Shown: positions 1-12,413 of the stretch, piece after piece | Layout of the letters: every line of letters begins with the position of its first letter | How positions within the stretch are numbered: position 1 is the first letter of the stretch | From: Felis catus | Taxonomy: Eukaryota | Direction: 5' to 3' | NCBI RefSeq assembly: GCF_018350175.1 | Contig: NC_058368.1 | Span: 143,160,001 to 143,224,000, forward strand | Length of the DNA: 64,000 nucleotides | Program-made: the position numbers and the translations under genes | Notes under the pieces: model-generated | The model's database searches: none | Told to the model about the DNA's origin: nothing | What the model saw: only the letters and a program-made list of their open reading frames with translations

Positions 1-117
1 ATGATCTCATGGTTGGTGAGTTCGAACCCCATGTTGGGTTCGGTGCTGACAGTGCTTGAGGTTCTCTCTCTCCCTCTTTCTCTCTCCCTTAGCAATAAAT
101 AAATATTAAAAAAAAAG
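1..117 (+). mobile_element. Can-SINE, 5' part outside window
   Basis: atgatctc...gagttcgaacccc B-box region, (CT)n tract, AATAAA/A tail. Confidence 0.85.
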
Positions 118-202
118 TATAAAATCTTAATGGGTAGAAGGTCACTCTCTGTGTTAGATATAGAGCCTAAACACTAGAGTGATTAAAAAAATTTTTTTAC
201 AG

Positions 203-419
203 AGGCTCCTGGGTGACACAGTCGGTCAGGCATCTGACTTGCATCTCAGGTCATGATCTCACAGCTCATGGGTTCAAGCCCCACGCTGGGCTCTGTGCTG
301 ACAGCTCAGAGCCTGGAGCCTGCTCCAGATTATGTGTCTCCCTCTCTCTCTCTCTGCCCCTCCCCTGCTCACACTCTTTCTCTCCCTCTCTCTCAAAAAT
401 AAATAAACATTAAAAAAAA
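203..419 (+). mobile_element. Can-SINE (SINEC_Fc-like)
   Basis: tRNA-like head, gagcctggagcctgct core, (CT)n, aaaataaataaac tail. Confidence 0.9.
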
Positions 420-655
420 TTATACAATTATTACCATCATAAATGGGACGAGATCAGGTTCATTTTCTAACAGTTTAAATCCTGCATTTTTAATCTAAAT
501 AAAAGTTACAGGAAAATTGTCTTGGATATCTGATTCACATCTTAAGCTGATATAAGTAAGATATACTGCCCTATTAGATCATCAACCTTCATATGTAACA
601 AGACATATATAAATCATCAAAACAAGAACTAGTATTTCAACAGAAAAAAAGGGGC

Positions 656-656
<1 letters not shown>

Positions 657-699
<43 letters not shown>
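657..699. repeat. (CA)n microsatellite
   Basis: About 21 perfect CA units. Confidence 0.95.
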
Positions 700-701
<2 letters not shown>

Positions 702-1276
702 TTTTGAAGAAGAGCTATTTAACAATTATTTACTAAGCATCTTCTATGTACTAGAAATAGAGATAAAGCAGAGAATAAACAAAGATGGTTCTTGTTTGAA
801 TGCAGCATGCAATCTAGATTGAGGATACTCGCAACAAAAAGCAAACAAAACAGACTTCCAGGAAGCTGAGGTAATGGTGACTGCATACACTGAAATCTCC
901 TAACCATCCTCCCTAACTAAATAAATCAATGACAAGAATAAAACCACACAAACTTCACAACTTCAAAGTTACTAGAAGAAATAGAACAATACAAACTTCA
1001 ATTTCCAGCAAAGACATTTCCTAAGCTTTCTCTCTTACCTGTCTCCCAAAAAGTGAGTGGTTTTTAACTAAGAATTTGTAAACTACCCAAAACTGCCACT
1101 CAGTCCACCAAATACAAAGATGTGACATATCTTCATCTACGGAAACCATAGTAAGATGAAAACAGAAAATGAAACTCTAGACACTTCACTGAATGAAAAT
1201 ACAAGTCCCCACAAAAAACCAACTATGAAGCACAAGAAAACAGAAGACTCCACTGGAAATTAAATATCATCAAACA

Positions 1277-1630
1277 GGGCACCTGGCTGGCTCAGTCAGA
1301 AGAGCATGGGACTCTTGGGCACAAAGGTAGCTCAGTCAGTTATGTGTCCAACTCTTGATTTCGGCTCAGGTCATGATCTCATGCTTTGTGAGTTTGAGGC
1401 CTAAGTTGGCCTCTGCGCCAACAGCGTTGAGCCTCTTTGGGATTCTCTCTCCCTCTCTCTGCCTCTTCCTGGCTTGTGCTTGTTCTCTTCCTCTCTCTCT
1501 CTCAAAATAAGTAAATAAACTTGAAAAAATATTTTTTTTTAAAAGGGAAAGACCATGGGATTCTTGATCTTAGGGTCATGAGTTTGAGCTTCATGTTGGG
1601 TGTAGACATTACACCCAAAATAAACTTTAA
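1277..1630 (+). mobile_element. Short older Can-SINE carrying a nested Can-SINE (1318-1549, +)
   Basis: Host head 1277-1317, host remainder 1550-1630; duplicated agagcatgggactcttg / agaccatgggattcttg. Confidence 0.8.
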
Positions 1631-1862
1631 ATACTGTCAAGCATTCAAAATAGAGCCTGAGTCAGATATTAAACACGAAAAACAGAAATGGGCCAAAAAA
1701 ACAAAAAACAAAAAAAAAAAATGAGTAGTGATTAAAGCTTGATAGAAACAGAAGAAAAAGGCAAAATCACATCAGAAACAAAGACTGAATTATAAAATAA
1801 AAAATACATTTGCAAAAAAAATAGTTTATTCAATTATTATTTTTCAACACTCAAGGGAATGT

Positions 1863-2077
1863 GGGGTGGCTGGGTGGTTCAAGTCAGTTAAGTGTCCGAC
1901 TTCAGCTCAGGTCATGATCTCACAGTTCATGAGCTCAAGCTCCAAGATTGGGATTTCCACTGTCAGCTTGGAGCCTGGAGCCTGCTTCATATCCTCTCTC
2001 TCCCTCTCTCTCTGTCTGTCCCCTGCCCGTATTCTCTCTCTCTCTCTCAATTAAATAAACATTTATATAAAAAAAAT
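1863..2077 (+). mobile_element. Can-SINE
   Basis: Head, core, (CT)n and A-rich tail. Confidence 0.9.
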
Positions 2078-2676
2078 CAGAGAGAAAGTGGTTGAAACAG
2101 AAGACAAAAAAATCCAATCCAGTTACCTATCACTGGAGATCCTGAAAAAGAAAACACCCCAATAAGACAAAGTTAATATTTAAAACTTTTACACAAGAAA
2201 ACTTCCTGGAAATAAAGGCAGAACTGAACCTACAAATTAAAAGGGCCCACCAAGTACCTGAGAAAACTGACCCTCAACAATCAATTCTCAGAATTATCTT
2301 AGTAAAACTATTAGATTTTAAATATAAAGGAAAAATCTTCAGGGCATACAAACAGAATGGGTTCTAAACTTCCAAGGCCAGGCATCTAGACTGGAATAGA
2401 TTTCTCAAAAGAGACATAAAAACAAGGTAATAATGGAGCGGCATTTTCAAGAAACTCAAAGAAAGAAAATTACAAACCAAGGATTTTATATCTACCTGTC
2501 ACCCAAGTACTAAGTCTTTTAAAAAAACAGCTTAAAACCATAAGCTCTTCGGGAACCATCCACTAAAGATAAGCTTCATCCAACCAACAGATTATTGTGG
2601 AAACTTCAAAGAAAGGACCATGTACTATATGTAATATATATCAAAGAATAAAACAAGGATGGATGATGGTTACTAG

Positions 2677-3366
2677 GGGTGCCTGGGTGGCCCAGTTGGT
2701 TGGGTGTCCAACTCATGATTTAGGCTCAAGCCATGATCTTTTATTTTTTATTTCTTTAAAGTTTATTTATTTATTTGGGGGGAGGGGAGGGGCAGAGAGA
2801 ATCCCAAGCAGGCTCTACACAAAGCCCAACGTGGGGTTCAAACTCATTAACTATGAGATCATGACCTGAGCTGAAATCAAGAGTTGGACACTTAACTGAC
2901 AGAATTTATCCTGCCCTTTATTTTTTGTAATGTTTATTTATTCTGAGAGACAGAGAGAGAAAGCGTGCACAACTGAGCACACAAGTGAGTGGTGGGCGGT
3001 GGGATGGGTGCACAGAGAGAGGAGGGGTAGAATCCCAAGCAGGCTCTGCACTTTCAGAGCAGAGCCTAATGCAGGGCTCGAACTCAAAAACTGTGAGATC
3101 TTGATCTGAGCTGAAATCAAGAGTCAGACAGTCACCTGAAAGAACCACCCAGGCATCCCTTTATTTTTTGTAATGCTCATTTATTTATCCTGAGAGAGAG
3201 ACAGAGAAAGCAAGCAAGCGAGCATGAGCTGGGGATAGGTACAGAGTGAGGAGGGAGAGAATCCCCAATCCCTGAAGTGGGGCTTGAACTCACAAACTGT
3301 GAGATCATGACCTGAGCCAAAATCAAGAGTCAGAATGCTTAACTAACTGAGTCACCCAGGTACCCC
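2677..3366. mobile_element. Can-SINE cluster: + head fragment (2677-2740) and three minus copies (~2745-2900, 2917-3160, 3161-3366)
   Basis: Repeated tttatttatt tails, gagagaga tracts and gagatcatgacctgagc cores. Confidence 0.85.
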
Positions 3367-3718
3367 TAAAGCACCTTCTTTTAAACACCTCTTGCATGCA
3401 AGGTAAATAAAACCAAAATTACAGAATTTCAGGAAATAATGATAATGAAAATACTACATACCAGAATCTATGGAATACACTTTAGAGCAACAGAGGAAAA
3501 TCTTTAGCCTTACACATGTATAAATAAAAGTGAAAGAATAAAAGTAAAGGAATTAAATTCTCTTCTTAAAATGCTAGAAAAAGAATAAAAAAGTCAACCA
3601 AAATAAAGCATGAAGCAGGAATAGTAAAGATAAAAGGAGAAATTCATAAGGTAGAGGATAGAAAGACAGTGACACTGATGAACCAAACCAAGTATTTTTA
3701 AAATAATTTAACAAAATA

Positions 3719-3884
3719 GGGGTGCCTGGCTAGCTCAGTCAGTTAAGCATCTGACTTCAGCTCAGGTCATGATCTCACAATTTGTGAGTTCAAGCCCCGC
3801 ACTGGGCTCTGTGCTGACAGCTCAGAGCCTGGAGCCTGCTTTAGATTCTGTGTCTCCTCTTTCTGACCCTTCCTTACTCGCACT

Positions 3885-3924
<40 letters not shown>

Positions 3925-4170
3925 AATAAACATTAAAAAACATTTTTTTTAGGGATGCCTGGGTGGCTCAGTTGGTTAAGCATCTGACTTCGGCTCAGGT
4001 CATGATCTCACGGTTTGTGAATTCGAGCCCCACGTCAGACTCTGTGCTGACGGCTTGGAGTCTGGAGCCTGCTTCAGATTCTGTGTCTCCCTCTCTTTCT
4101 GCCGTTCCCCTGCTCATACTCTGTCTGTCTCTCTCAAAAGCAAATAAACGTTAAAAAAATTTTTTTTTTA
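3719..4170 (+). mobile_element. Two tandem Can-SINEs (3719-3950, 3952-4170)
   Basis: Two complete head-core-(CT)n-tail units. Confidence 0.9.
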
Positions 4171-4469
4171 ATTTAACGAAACGGACATACCATTGCTTAA
4201 CTTTAATCAAGAAGAAAAGGATAATGAACAACTATATAAAATAGGAGTTCTTGCTGAATATATGAAAGCTAGATGGAAAACTTAAACAGTCCAATAGCTA
4301 CAGAAGACAGAATAATCCAGGAACTACACAAAAAATGCACCAGGCCCCGATGGTGTCAAAGGAGAGCTTTATTAAATGCTCAAAGATCAGATAGCTGCAA
4401 TATGACATCCATGACGCCATAGCACAGAAAATGAAGAAAGTGTATGAAGTATAACTGAAGTATAACTTT

Positions 4470-4825
4470 AAAAAAATTTTCTTTAAAATTTTTTTTAATG
4501 TTTTATTTATTTTTGAGAGAGGGAGAGACAGAGTGCAAGCTGGGGAGGGACAGAGAGAAAGAGGGCAACACAGAATCCAAAGCAGGTTCTAGGCTCCGAG
4601 CTGTCCTCACAGAGCCCGATGCGGGGCTCAAACTCACGAACTGTGAGATTATGACCTGAGCTGAAGTCAGGACGCTCAACAGACTAAGCCACCCAGGCAT
4701 CCCCCCCAAAAAATTGTTTTTTAAGGGGCACCTGGGTGGCTCAGTCGGTTGAGCATCTGAACATGGGATTGTGACCTGAGCTGAAATCAAGAATCAGATG
4801 CTCAACCGAGCCACCCAGGCACTCC
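4470..4825. mobile_element. Minus Can-SINE (4470-4705) plus fused inverted SINE heads (4725-4825)
   Basis: Whole block flanked by tgaagtataacttt direct repeats. Confidence 0.85.
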
Positions 4826-5066
4826 TGAAGTATAACTTTGTATGAAGTATAACCTTGATACCTAAATCTTATAAATACAGCTTCCCCACAAAGGAAGAAA
4901 ATTACAGACCAATATTACAAATGAGTATCATGTAAAAATTATAAATAATAAAAGATGAAAATCTAAAACCATATTAAGAGAATAATATATCATAGACAAT
5001 GGTACTTATTCCAGTAATGCAAGGGTGGTTTGGTATTAGAAAATCTATTAATAAAACAAAACATAT

Positions 5067-5235
5067 TGGGGCGCCTGGGTGGCTCAGTCGGTTAAGCGTC
5101 CGACTTCAGCTCAGGTCATGATCTCACAGTTCGTGAGTTCAAGCCCCGCGTCGGGCTCTGTGCTGACAGCTCGGAGGCTGGAGCCTGCTTCGGATTCTGT
5201 GTCTCCCTCTCTCTCTGCTCCTCCCCTGCTCACAT

Positions 5236-5272
<37 letters not shown>

Positions 5273-5295
5273 AATAAGACTAAAAAAAAAAAAAC
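5067..5295 (+). mobile_element. Can-SINE, CpG-rich
   Basis: ggggcgcctgggtggctcagtcggttaagcgtccgac head; TSD-like aaacaaaacatatt on both sides. Confidence 0.92.
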
Positions 5296-5539
5296 AAAAC
5301 ATATTAATAGATCTAGGGAGGGAATTATGGCTATCTCCAAGGATACTTAAAAAAAGCCATTAACAAAATTTTTGGTAAAAACACCCAAGAAAACAGGAAA
5401 GACAGTCTCATAATATGATAAAATATATTTCAGTGTTAAATCCAGCATTTTAATTAATAGAAAAATAATAGAGGCATTTTCACTAAGATAAGGGACAAAA
5501 TAAGCCCTTAACTCCACTACTGTTTAACACTATACCATT

Positions 5540-5743
5540 GTTTTGTTTTTAATGGTTATTTATTTATTTTGAGAGAGAGAGAGCACATGTGCAAGCATGT
5601 GAGTGGGGAAGGGGCAGAGAGAATCGTAACCAGGCTCTGTGCTGACAGCACAGACGTGGGGCTCAATCTCATGACCCTGAGATCATGACCCCAGCCCATA
5701 TCAAGAGTTGGACACTCAATCGACTGAATCTCAGAGGTGCCCC
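5540..5743 (-). mobile_element. Can-SINE
   Basis: Reverse-orientation tail, GA tract and head. Confidence 0.85.
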
Positions 5744-7071
5744 TTTACTACTATTTTTAAAGTGTAATTCGACAAGAAAAATCAACAGAGGCATAAGAAT
5801 TGGAGAAATAAATAAAATTACCTCTGTTTGCAAATTATGTGTTACCGTACCAAAAAAATCTTACTGAATCAGTGCAATAAATGACAAAACAGCCTCAAGT
5901 AATAAAATAGTCAGGTAGCAGCATATAAAATAAGCATACAGAATTCAACATATACACAATAATCAAATACAATGATAGAAAAAATCCCATTTGAAACAAA
6001 AAAAGACAAAATATGAATAAACAAGAAATATGCAAAAACACACAAAAACCTTAAAACACTCCTAAATAAATTTTAAGCAATCCCAATAAAAGTTTTTTAT
6101 AGAGCTACATTTTTAGTTGACACAAAAACTGGTATTGAAGTTAATACTGAAGTTCATATGATAAAATAAATATGTAAGAATATTTAGAAAAGCAATGATG
6201 AAGAAACGTTGTGAAGATTAACTGGCCTTCCCAGACATTAAAGCTTCTACAATTAATGCAGTGTGGGACTGACACATGAATAGAGTGACTGATGGGGTGG
6301 AACAGGAAGTCCAGCAATAGATCAAAATACACATAGAAATCAAGTATCTCCAATCTCTGGAAAAAAGAATGATGTTTTAAATAAGTGGTAATGAGATAAC
6401 TGGACAGGCATTTAGAAAAAGATGGAATTGGATACCCATCTCATACCATACACAAAAAAATAAACCCCAAGTACTCGAAGATCTAAAAGTAAAAAACGAA
6501 ACCTTGTAAGTGCTAGAGGGAAATATGGATAAATTCCTATATCATCTCAGTTTAGAAGAGTTAACTAACTGTATTATTCACAAGCCACAAGCAAGTAAAG
6601 AAAGGAATCAATCTGACTACTACATAAAGCAACACTATCTTGGAAAAAGTAAAAAAAACAACAAACTGGGAGAAAATATTTGTAACATGTAATCAGATAT
6701 ATAAAAAACTCCTGAATACAAAGAACTCTTGAAAAAGGACCAAAAAACCTATCGAGAAAAGGCAAAAGACATGAACACCCAATCCACACATGTACAAAAA
6801 GATACTGAAAAGATCTTTAAGCTTATGAAAGAAGTTCATGTGACTCATAATAATACGAGATACACAAGAGATACCATTTTTCACCTATCACACAATTAAG
6901 AAGTATGACAACACATCTTGTTGGTGAGGCTATGGAGACACATGCACTCATGCTGGTGGTATGAGCGAGCACTGCCACAATTCATTATGGAGGGAAACTG
7001 GACAATATTTAACAAAACTACTTATGTGTTTATCTTCTCACTAAGAAATCTTGCTTCTAAGAATCTTTCCT

Positions 7072-7150
7072 GTGGGTAGCTCAGTCAGAAGACCATGAGA
7101 TTCTTTTTTGTTTTTTTAGTGTTTACTTATTTTTGAGAGGGGGGGGAAGG

Positions 7151-7195
<45 letters not shown>

Positions 7196-7396
7196 AGGAT
7201 CCAAAGCAGGCTCCAGGCTCTGAGCTGTCAGCACAGAGCCTGATGTGGGACTCAAACTCACAAACCACAGGATCATGACCTGAGCTGAAGTTGGACACTT
7301 AACTGACTGAGCCACTCAGGTGCCCAACCATGAGACTCTTGATCTTGGGGTCATAATGAGCTCAAGCCCCATGTTGAGTGTTGAGTGTACAGATTA

Positions 7397-7430
<34 letters not shown>
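7072..7430. mobile_element. Short older Can-SINE (+) carrying a nested minus Can-SINE (7106-7326)
   Basis: Duplicated accatgagattctt / accatgagactctt around the insert; host has ~30 nt poly(A). Confidence 0.85.
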
Positions 7431-7432
<2 letters not shown>

Positions 7433-8237
7433 ATCCTGAATACACACCTCCAATGATAACAAAATACCTATGCACAATATTACTTGTAGTATTGTTGCAG
7501 AACACTGGAAATAGCCTAAATACCCATACAAAGGAGTGGCTAAATAAACTATCAACACATAGAAATGAAGTACTATACAACTGTAACAAACATGAACAAG
7601 ATCTGTGTGAACTGACAGAGTGATCTCTACAATATGTTTCAGGTTAAAGAAGCAAAGTGCAAAAGAACAATCTAGTGGATGTAATCATTTAAAAAAGGGG
7701 AGGAGAGGGTAAACAAATAGATCTGTTCATTTGTGTAAAAAGAAACAGAGAAAGGATCAACCAGAAACTAATATGACTGGTTACCGACGGGTGGCAGATG
7801 GATACGGGGGGTGGGAAGAACGGGACAGAAACTAGGGTAGTCTGGACTGAAGGGGCTCATACTTCTCTAAAGACATCTTTCTGAATAGTTCTGATTTTTG
7901 GAACCCCACTAATGTTTCATATACTCATTAAATGCATGCTATAAAATGAAGAAGAATGGGAAATAAAATACATTTAAAATGGAATATGACACAAATAAAC
8001 ATAAATGTGTTTCAAATGAAGAACCTAGCCAATTGCAGAGGAGTGGAAGAACTCACCCAATAAACTTTGGATACAGGCTAAGGACAAAAAGAATTATACT
8101 GATCTCTAGTTGGTAAGGGTTTGTTTGTATTTTCTTGCAGTGGTTTTATTTAGTAATTCAACAACTATTTTCTGTGCTTCCTGAGATTAAAAAAGTAAGT
8201 AAATATACTGTGGGTAATAAGAATCAGGTTTCTCAGT

Positions 8238-8449
8238 ATTTTTTAAAATTTATTTATTTTGAGAGACAGAGAGAGAGTGTGAGCAGGGGGAGGGACAGAA
8301 AGAAAGGGAGAGAGAGAGAGAATCCCAAGCAGGCTCCACAATGTCAACGCGGAGTCCGAAACCGGGCTCGAACTTAAGAACTGTGGGATCATGACCTAAG
8401 CCAAAATCAAGAGCCAGGTGCTAAACTGAGTGAGCCACCCAGGTGCCTC
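8238..8449 (-). mobile_element. Can-SINE
   Basis: Reverse tail/core/head; caggtttct on both flanks. Confidence 0.88.
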
Positions 8450-9115
8450 CAGGTTTCTTGGTGTTGGGTAAACAAGTTACAGATATGAATAAGGAAAAGG
8501 CTAAAATGAAGTTCATAGTATTAGACTACAGTGGGAGGTATGGGTAAGAATTCAGTTTAAAAGACATATATACGTACCTGAAATAGACATAATGTGGTAT
8601 GTGTGTACTTCTAGCTCTGTTTATTAAGATGGAAAAGAAACAATGCCAACTTAATAACAAGAAGCTTATCTAGTACTCAGGTTTTGGCTTCTAAATATCA
8701 ATCTTTGCTAAAAGAAATTTCTCCTTGAAGAAATAGCTAATTCCAAGGCTAAAGTTGAAAAAATACAAGATGAGCCTGGATTATGTTATACTAAAACATA
8801 AAGAAATTCTTTAAAGAATTAGAGTGTCATATCAAAAGGAACCAGAAGCTGGAAGGGGTTTCAAATGGCCAAATGTGGGACAATTCAAACATCAAAATAA
8901 ATATACATGACAACTAAATGCAATATGTGATTCTGGAATAAATCCTGGACCAGAAAACAATTTTTAAATTTTGCTATAAAGGAGATTATTAAGACAATTA
9001 TGGGAATTTGCGTAAGGTCTGTAGATAGATAATTTTTGATGGTTATAGAAGAAAATGTCCTTACTCTTATAAAATACACACTGAAGTGTTTAGAGGTAAA
9101 GAGATGCTGTATCTT

Positions 9116-9328
9116 GGGGCGCCTGGGTGGCACAGTCGGTTCAGCGTCCTACTTCGGCTCAGGTCATGATCTCGCGGTCTGTGAGTTCGAGCCCCGCGTC
9201 GGGCTCTGTGCTGACAGTCGGAGCCTGGAGCCTGCTTTGGATTCTGTGTCTCCCTCTCTCTCTGCCCCTAACCGACTCACATTCTGTCTCTGTCTCTCTC
9301 AAAAATAAATAAAGCATTAAAAAAAAAG
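9116..9328 (+). mobile_element. Can-SINE, CpG-rich
   Basis: Full unit; TSD-like gagatgctgtatctt / gagatagtgtatctt. Confidence 0.92.
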
Positions 9329-9379
9329 AGAGAGAGAGATAGTGTATCTTAAACGTATTTTCAAAGATTTCAAGAAAAA

Positions 9380-9485
9380 GATATATATATACATATATAT
9401 ATATATGCATATATATATATACATACACATATAAGTGTATATATGTATGTATGTATGTGTGTACGTATATATATATACATACACA
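9380..9485. repeat. Compound (TA)n/(TG)n/(CA)n low-complexity repeat
   Basis: Seen directly. Confidence 0.9.
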
Positions 9486-10079
9486 GATAAGTTCCAGAAT
9501 GGTAAAACAAATACGGCAAAAATGTTAACATTTGGGAAATGTGGGTGAAAGGTATATGAAAAAAATTTTTGTATTATTCTTGCAAGTTTTTCTGATCTGA
9601 AATCATTCCAAAATAAATTTTGAAAATAAATAAAATCATTTCAGATACTGACAATGGCTACTAGGCAAATAAAACATGGTAATATTACAAAGAGTACCTG
9701 GGGTGGGGGGAGTAGGGGGCTGGGAGGACCTTGCAGAGCAGTGCTTAAATTGAGAAGTTGGAGAAATTAACACGTGAGCCAAGACCTAAAACAAATAGGG
9801 ACCAGTGCATCCGAAGGTCTGAAAGCTTCCCTGCCCTGTTCCATGTAGGTTGTTTTGATAAGCATTTTTGATACTTGGTGAAAGAAAAGGTAAGCATTGA
9901 TATTCACTATTCCAGGAGCCAGCTTTAAAATTCAATTACTGCTCAGTCAATGATGAAATACATTTAGAAGTCTGATATGAAAAATCACCTGTTGGTTTCT
10001 CTGGGACAATGTAAATGTGTATGTAACTGGAAAAATGTTTTTAAAGAACTGTCAGGAATGTCTTGGCCACTTGACTGCC

Positions 10080-10310
10080 TGGAGCAGTGTGGTGCTAATA
10101 CAGAAAGAACAGAGACTTTGGAATCAAAACAAATTCAGGCCTTTCTAGCTCAGTGTCTTGTAAACTTGTTAACACCTCCGAACTGCTGCCTTCTCTTTGA
10201 AAATGGGGTTACCACATTTGTTAGTGTGAGAATTAGTTGAGAATTAGAGCGATGGTATACAAGTGCTTAGCAAAATGCCTGAAGCATAGCAAGTACTCAG
10301 ACAATGACAG
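10080..10310 (+). mobile_element. MIR relic
   Basis: gcagtgtggtg...gaaagaacagagactttggaatca...aaaatgggg...aagtgcttagcaaaatgcctgaagcatagcaagtactca resembles MIR consensus. Confidence 0.7.
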
Positions 10311-10399
10311 CCCGAAACAAACGAACAAATGGCAAAGCCACACTGATTTCTTCCACCTCCTCTAGCCCTGATTACATGCTTCATCTTTTAGTTCTACAC

Positions 10400-10581
10400 C
10401 AGGCTTTCTCAACCTTGACACTATTGACATTTTGGGCCAGATAATTGGATGTTTAGCAGCATCCTTGACTTCCACCTACTAGATGTCAATAGTACAGTCC
10501 TAGTTGTGAAAATCAAAACTGTCTCCATACATTGTTAAACGTCCCCTGCAGCACAAAACTGCCCCCAGTTGACAACCACTA
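10400..10581 (+). mobile_element. MER20 (hAT-Charlie non-autonomous DNA transposon)
   Basis: caggctttctcaaccttgacactattgacattttgggccagataatt ... gcccccagttgacaaccacta matches MER20 ends; degenerate 8-bp flanks ttctacac / atttacac. Confidence 0.85.
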
Positions 10582-10754
10582 ATTTACACAGATCATTAAA
10601 ATGTAGGAACAACATTTAATAGGGCTAACCAAAACAAACCAACTCCTTTTTCTCAGACTGCTGAAAGTCAAATGAAGGGAGAGAGAGAGGGAAATAGTTG
10701 ATGCTCTATAAAGAACCCATTTCCACTGTCAAAGAACTTTGCCTACTTAAAGAG

Positions 10755-10895
10755 AGATTGGACAAGTTAACCTATACAAGCCTCAGTTTCCTCCTGTGAC
10801 TGTTGCATGGAATAAATGCACAATATAAGTAAAGTGCTTAACACAGTGTCTGGTGCAAGTGAGCACTCAATTAATGCTGGACATTCTCATTATAA
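10755..10895 (+). mobile_element. MIR relic
   Basis: ttggacaagttaacct...gcctcagtttcctcctgt...aaagtgcttaacacagtgtctgg...gagcactcaattaatg. Confidence 0.7.
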
Positions 10896-11596
10896 TTATG
10901 GTACTCCTTTTAATACTGGGCTTTCAGGTCCCACTCATCATCACTCAGCCCAAATTCCTCACTCTGTACATACATTTATTTCTACTCCCAACTCTAAAGT
11001 GGCCCTAACCTCTCTTTATAGAGGCAGCTAACCACTGGGGTGTAAAAGTACCTGAGGTGCCAGGGCACTTTGATAATGAATTCTAAAATTCTTCCCTAAC
11101 CACTGACACAGGATATACATATGTAAATGAGAGCCAAGAAACATATTACTTATGCAAAAAAAAGTGAGTAAAATTAATTCGTATAAAGGAAGAAAAACAG
11201 TACTAACTTGATTTCCATTAGGGCACAACTACTTTTGTAATTCATGCTAAGTAGTTCAGTGTTAAAAAAAAATGAGAACTCCTCAAGTGAATGAAATCCA
11301 TTTGAGAAATTCTCTTTAAATTCAGGGTATTTTTTTATGTTACAAAGTAGAAATTTCTAAAATAATTTACTGAAGACAATTTATAAATGACCATCTATGA
11401 TGATCATATGCTACCTAGATAAAGGTATCAGGTAATTTTTGACAAATCAAAGATTAGGCCCGAATGAGAAGTCCTGGAAAAGAACAAGGACTGAGAACCT
11501 ACGAAATGAAATTTCAGAGAAAAAAGTCATTACTATGTGAAAGAATGAGTGATGCCTTGCTGTGCAGAAATGAATCAAAACGTCATTACAGCTCAC

Positions 11597-11677
11597 CTGG
11601 AGTTTCTGAGTCAAAGAGTCTCTCTGTTCTTGTAATTCTCTGGCATTATCAATTTCTTGTTTTAATCTTTCTATTTC
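11597..11677 (-). CDS. HOMER1: HOMER1 coding exon (human exon 8 equivalent); not in the ORF track
   Basis: gtactttttctag|GAA ATA GAA...CTC CAG|gtgagc; 81 bp = EIERLKQEIDNARELQEQRDSLTQKLQ, continuing the Homer1 coiled coil in frame. Confidence 0.97.
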
Positions 11678-12302
11678 CTAGAAAAAGTACAGCAAGGTCT
11701 TTAGCAACAATATTTAAACTAAATCAAGGAAAGAGAAAGTCTTATTTTTTCCTGAAATCATTGTTCCAGTCCCTGGAAAAAAATAATTAAAAAAAATTCC
11801 TTTATACTGACTAAATTTTAGAGGGGTGATTTGTCTTTATGGGTATGGTGGCTACTACATGATAATCTTAAACAACAAGTACACTTGCGGGCTTTGAGAC
11901 AGCACTGCTTAGAAACAACCATCAGAATATGTTATGGTTGTGGATATAATTCTTTCCTGGGATGTTAAATCTTCTGACCAGAAACCAGAGAAAGCAACAG
12001 CGTATAAAATTCATTTAACCTCTCCTGGTTTTCTGTTGATTTTATGAATGCAACTCTCATACAGAAGGCAAGAGGCAGCATCTCAGTCTGACTGCCTCAT
12101 CATTGTTCATAACAGCAGAAATAAGGAAGGAGAAAATATGAACAAGCTTAATATTAATCAAAAAAAAAAAACATTTCACACCCCTAAACAGCTTCCCACA
12201 ACCTTACTTTACTCCATAAAGTACCTGCAAATCTGACATAAGCTCAAATATTTTGTATACATATGTTAGCCAGATTACAGATGAGTAAAAAGTAGCAAAT
12301 AC

Positions 12303-12413
12303 CTCTTCCTTCACTTTCAGCGTCTCTTCTAGTTCTTGTATTGTCTGATTTAATTCTGTCTTATGGGTATGCACTGCATTTGCTTGGCTACTAACACATT
12401 CAAGCTCAGTCAC
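12303..12413 (-). CDS. HOMER1: HOMER1 coding exon (human exon 7 equivalent)
   Basis: ttctcctttcattctag|GTG ACT GAG...GAA GAG|gtattt; 111 bp = VTELECVSSQANAVHTHKTELNQTIQELEETLKVKEE, in frame with the preceding exon. Confidence 0.98.

Larger units (their letters stand above)
1100..9630 (+). mobile_element. Ancient, heavily fragmented L1 (L1MC/L1MD-like) interrupted by many SINEs
   Basis: ORF1-like relic ~2120-2500. ORF2 relic gaaaatactacataccagaatctatgg (ENTTYQNLW) ~3447. Further ORF2 relics 4300-6900. Old-L1 3'UTR motifs (actaaatgcaatatgtgattctgg; tgaaatcattccaaaataaa) to ~9630. Left boundary uncertain. Confidence 0.7.
1..11596 (-). other. HOMER1: HOMER1 intron 8 (partial)
   Basis: Follows the GT donor at 11596-11595; repeat-dominated; terminal coding exon not seen. 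Confidence 0.85.

Noticed and set aside
5067..5160. tRNA genes suggested by A-box/B-box motifs (here and in other SINE heads)
   Set aside because: They are tRNA-derived SINE heads followed by (CT)n and poly(A); no intact cloverleaf gene was seen.
11464..11790. 108-aa plus-strand ORF overlapping exon 8
   Set aside because: Antisense shadow of the HOMER1 exon with no recognisable protein features.
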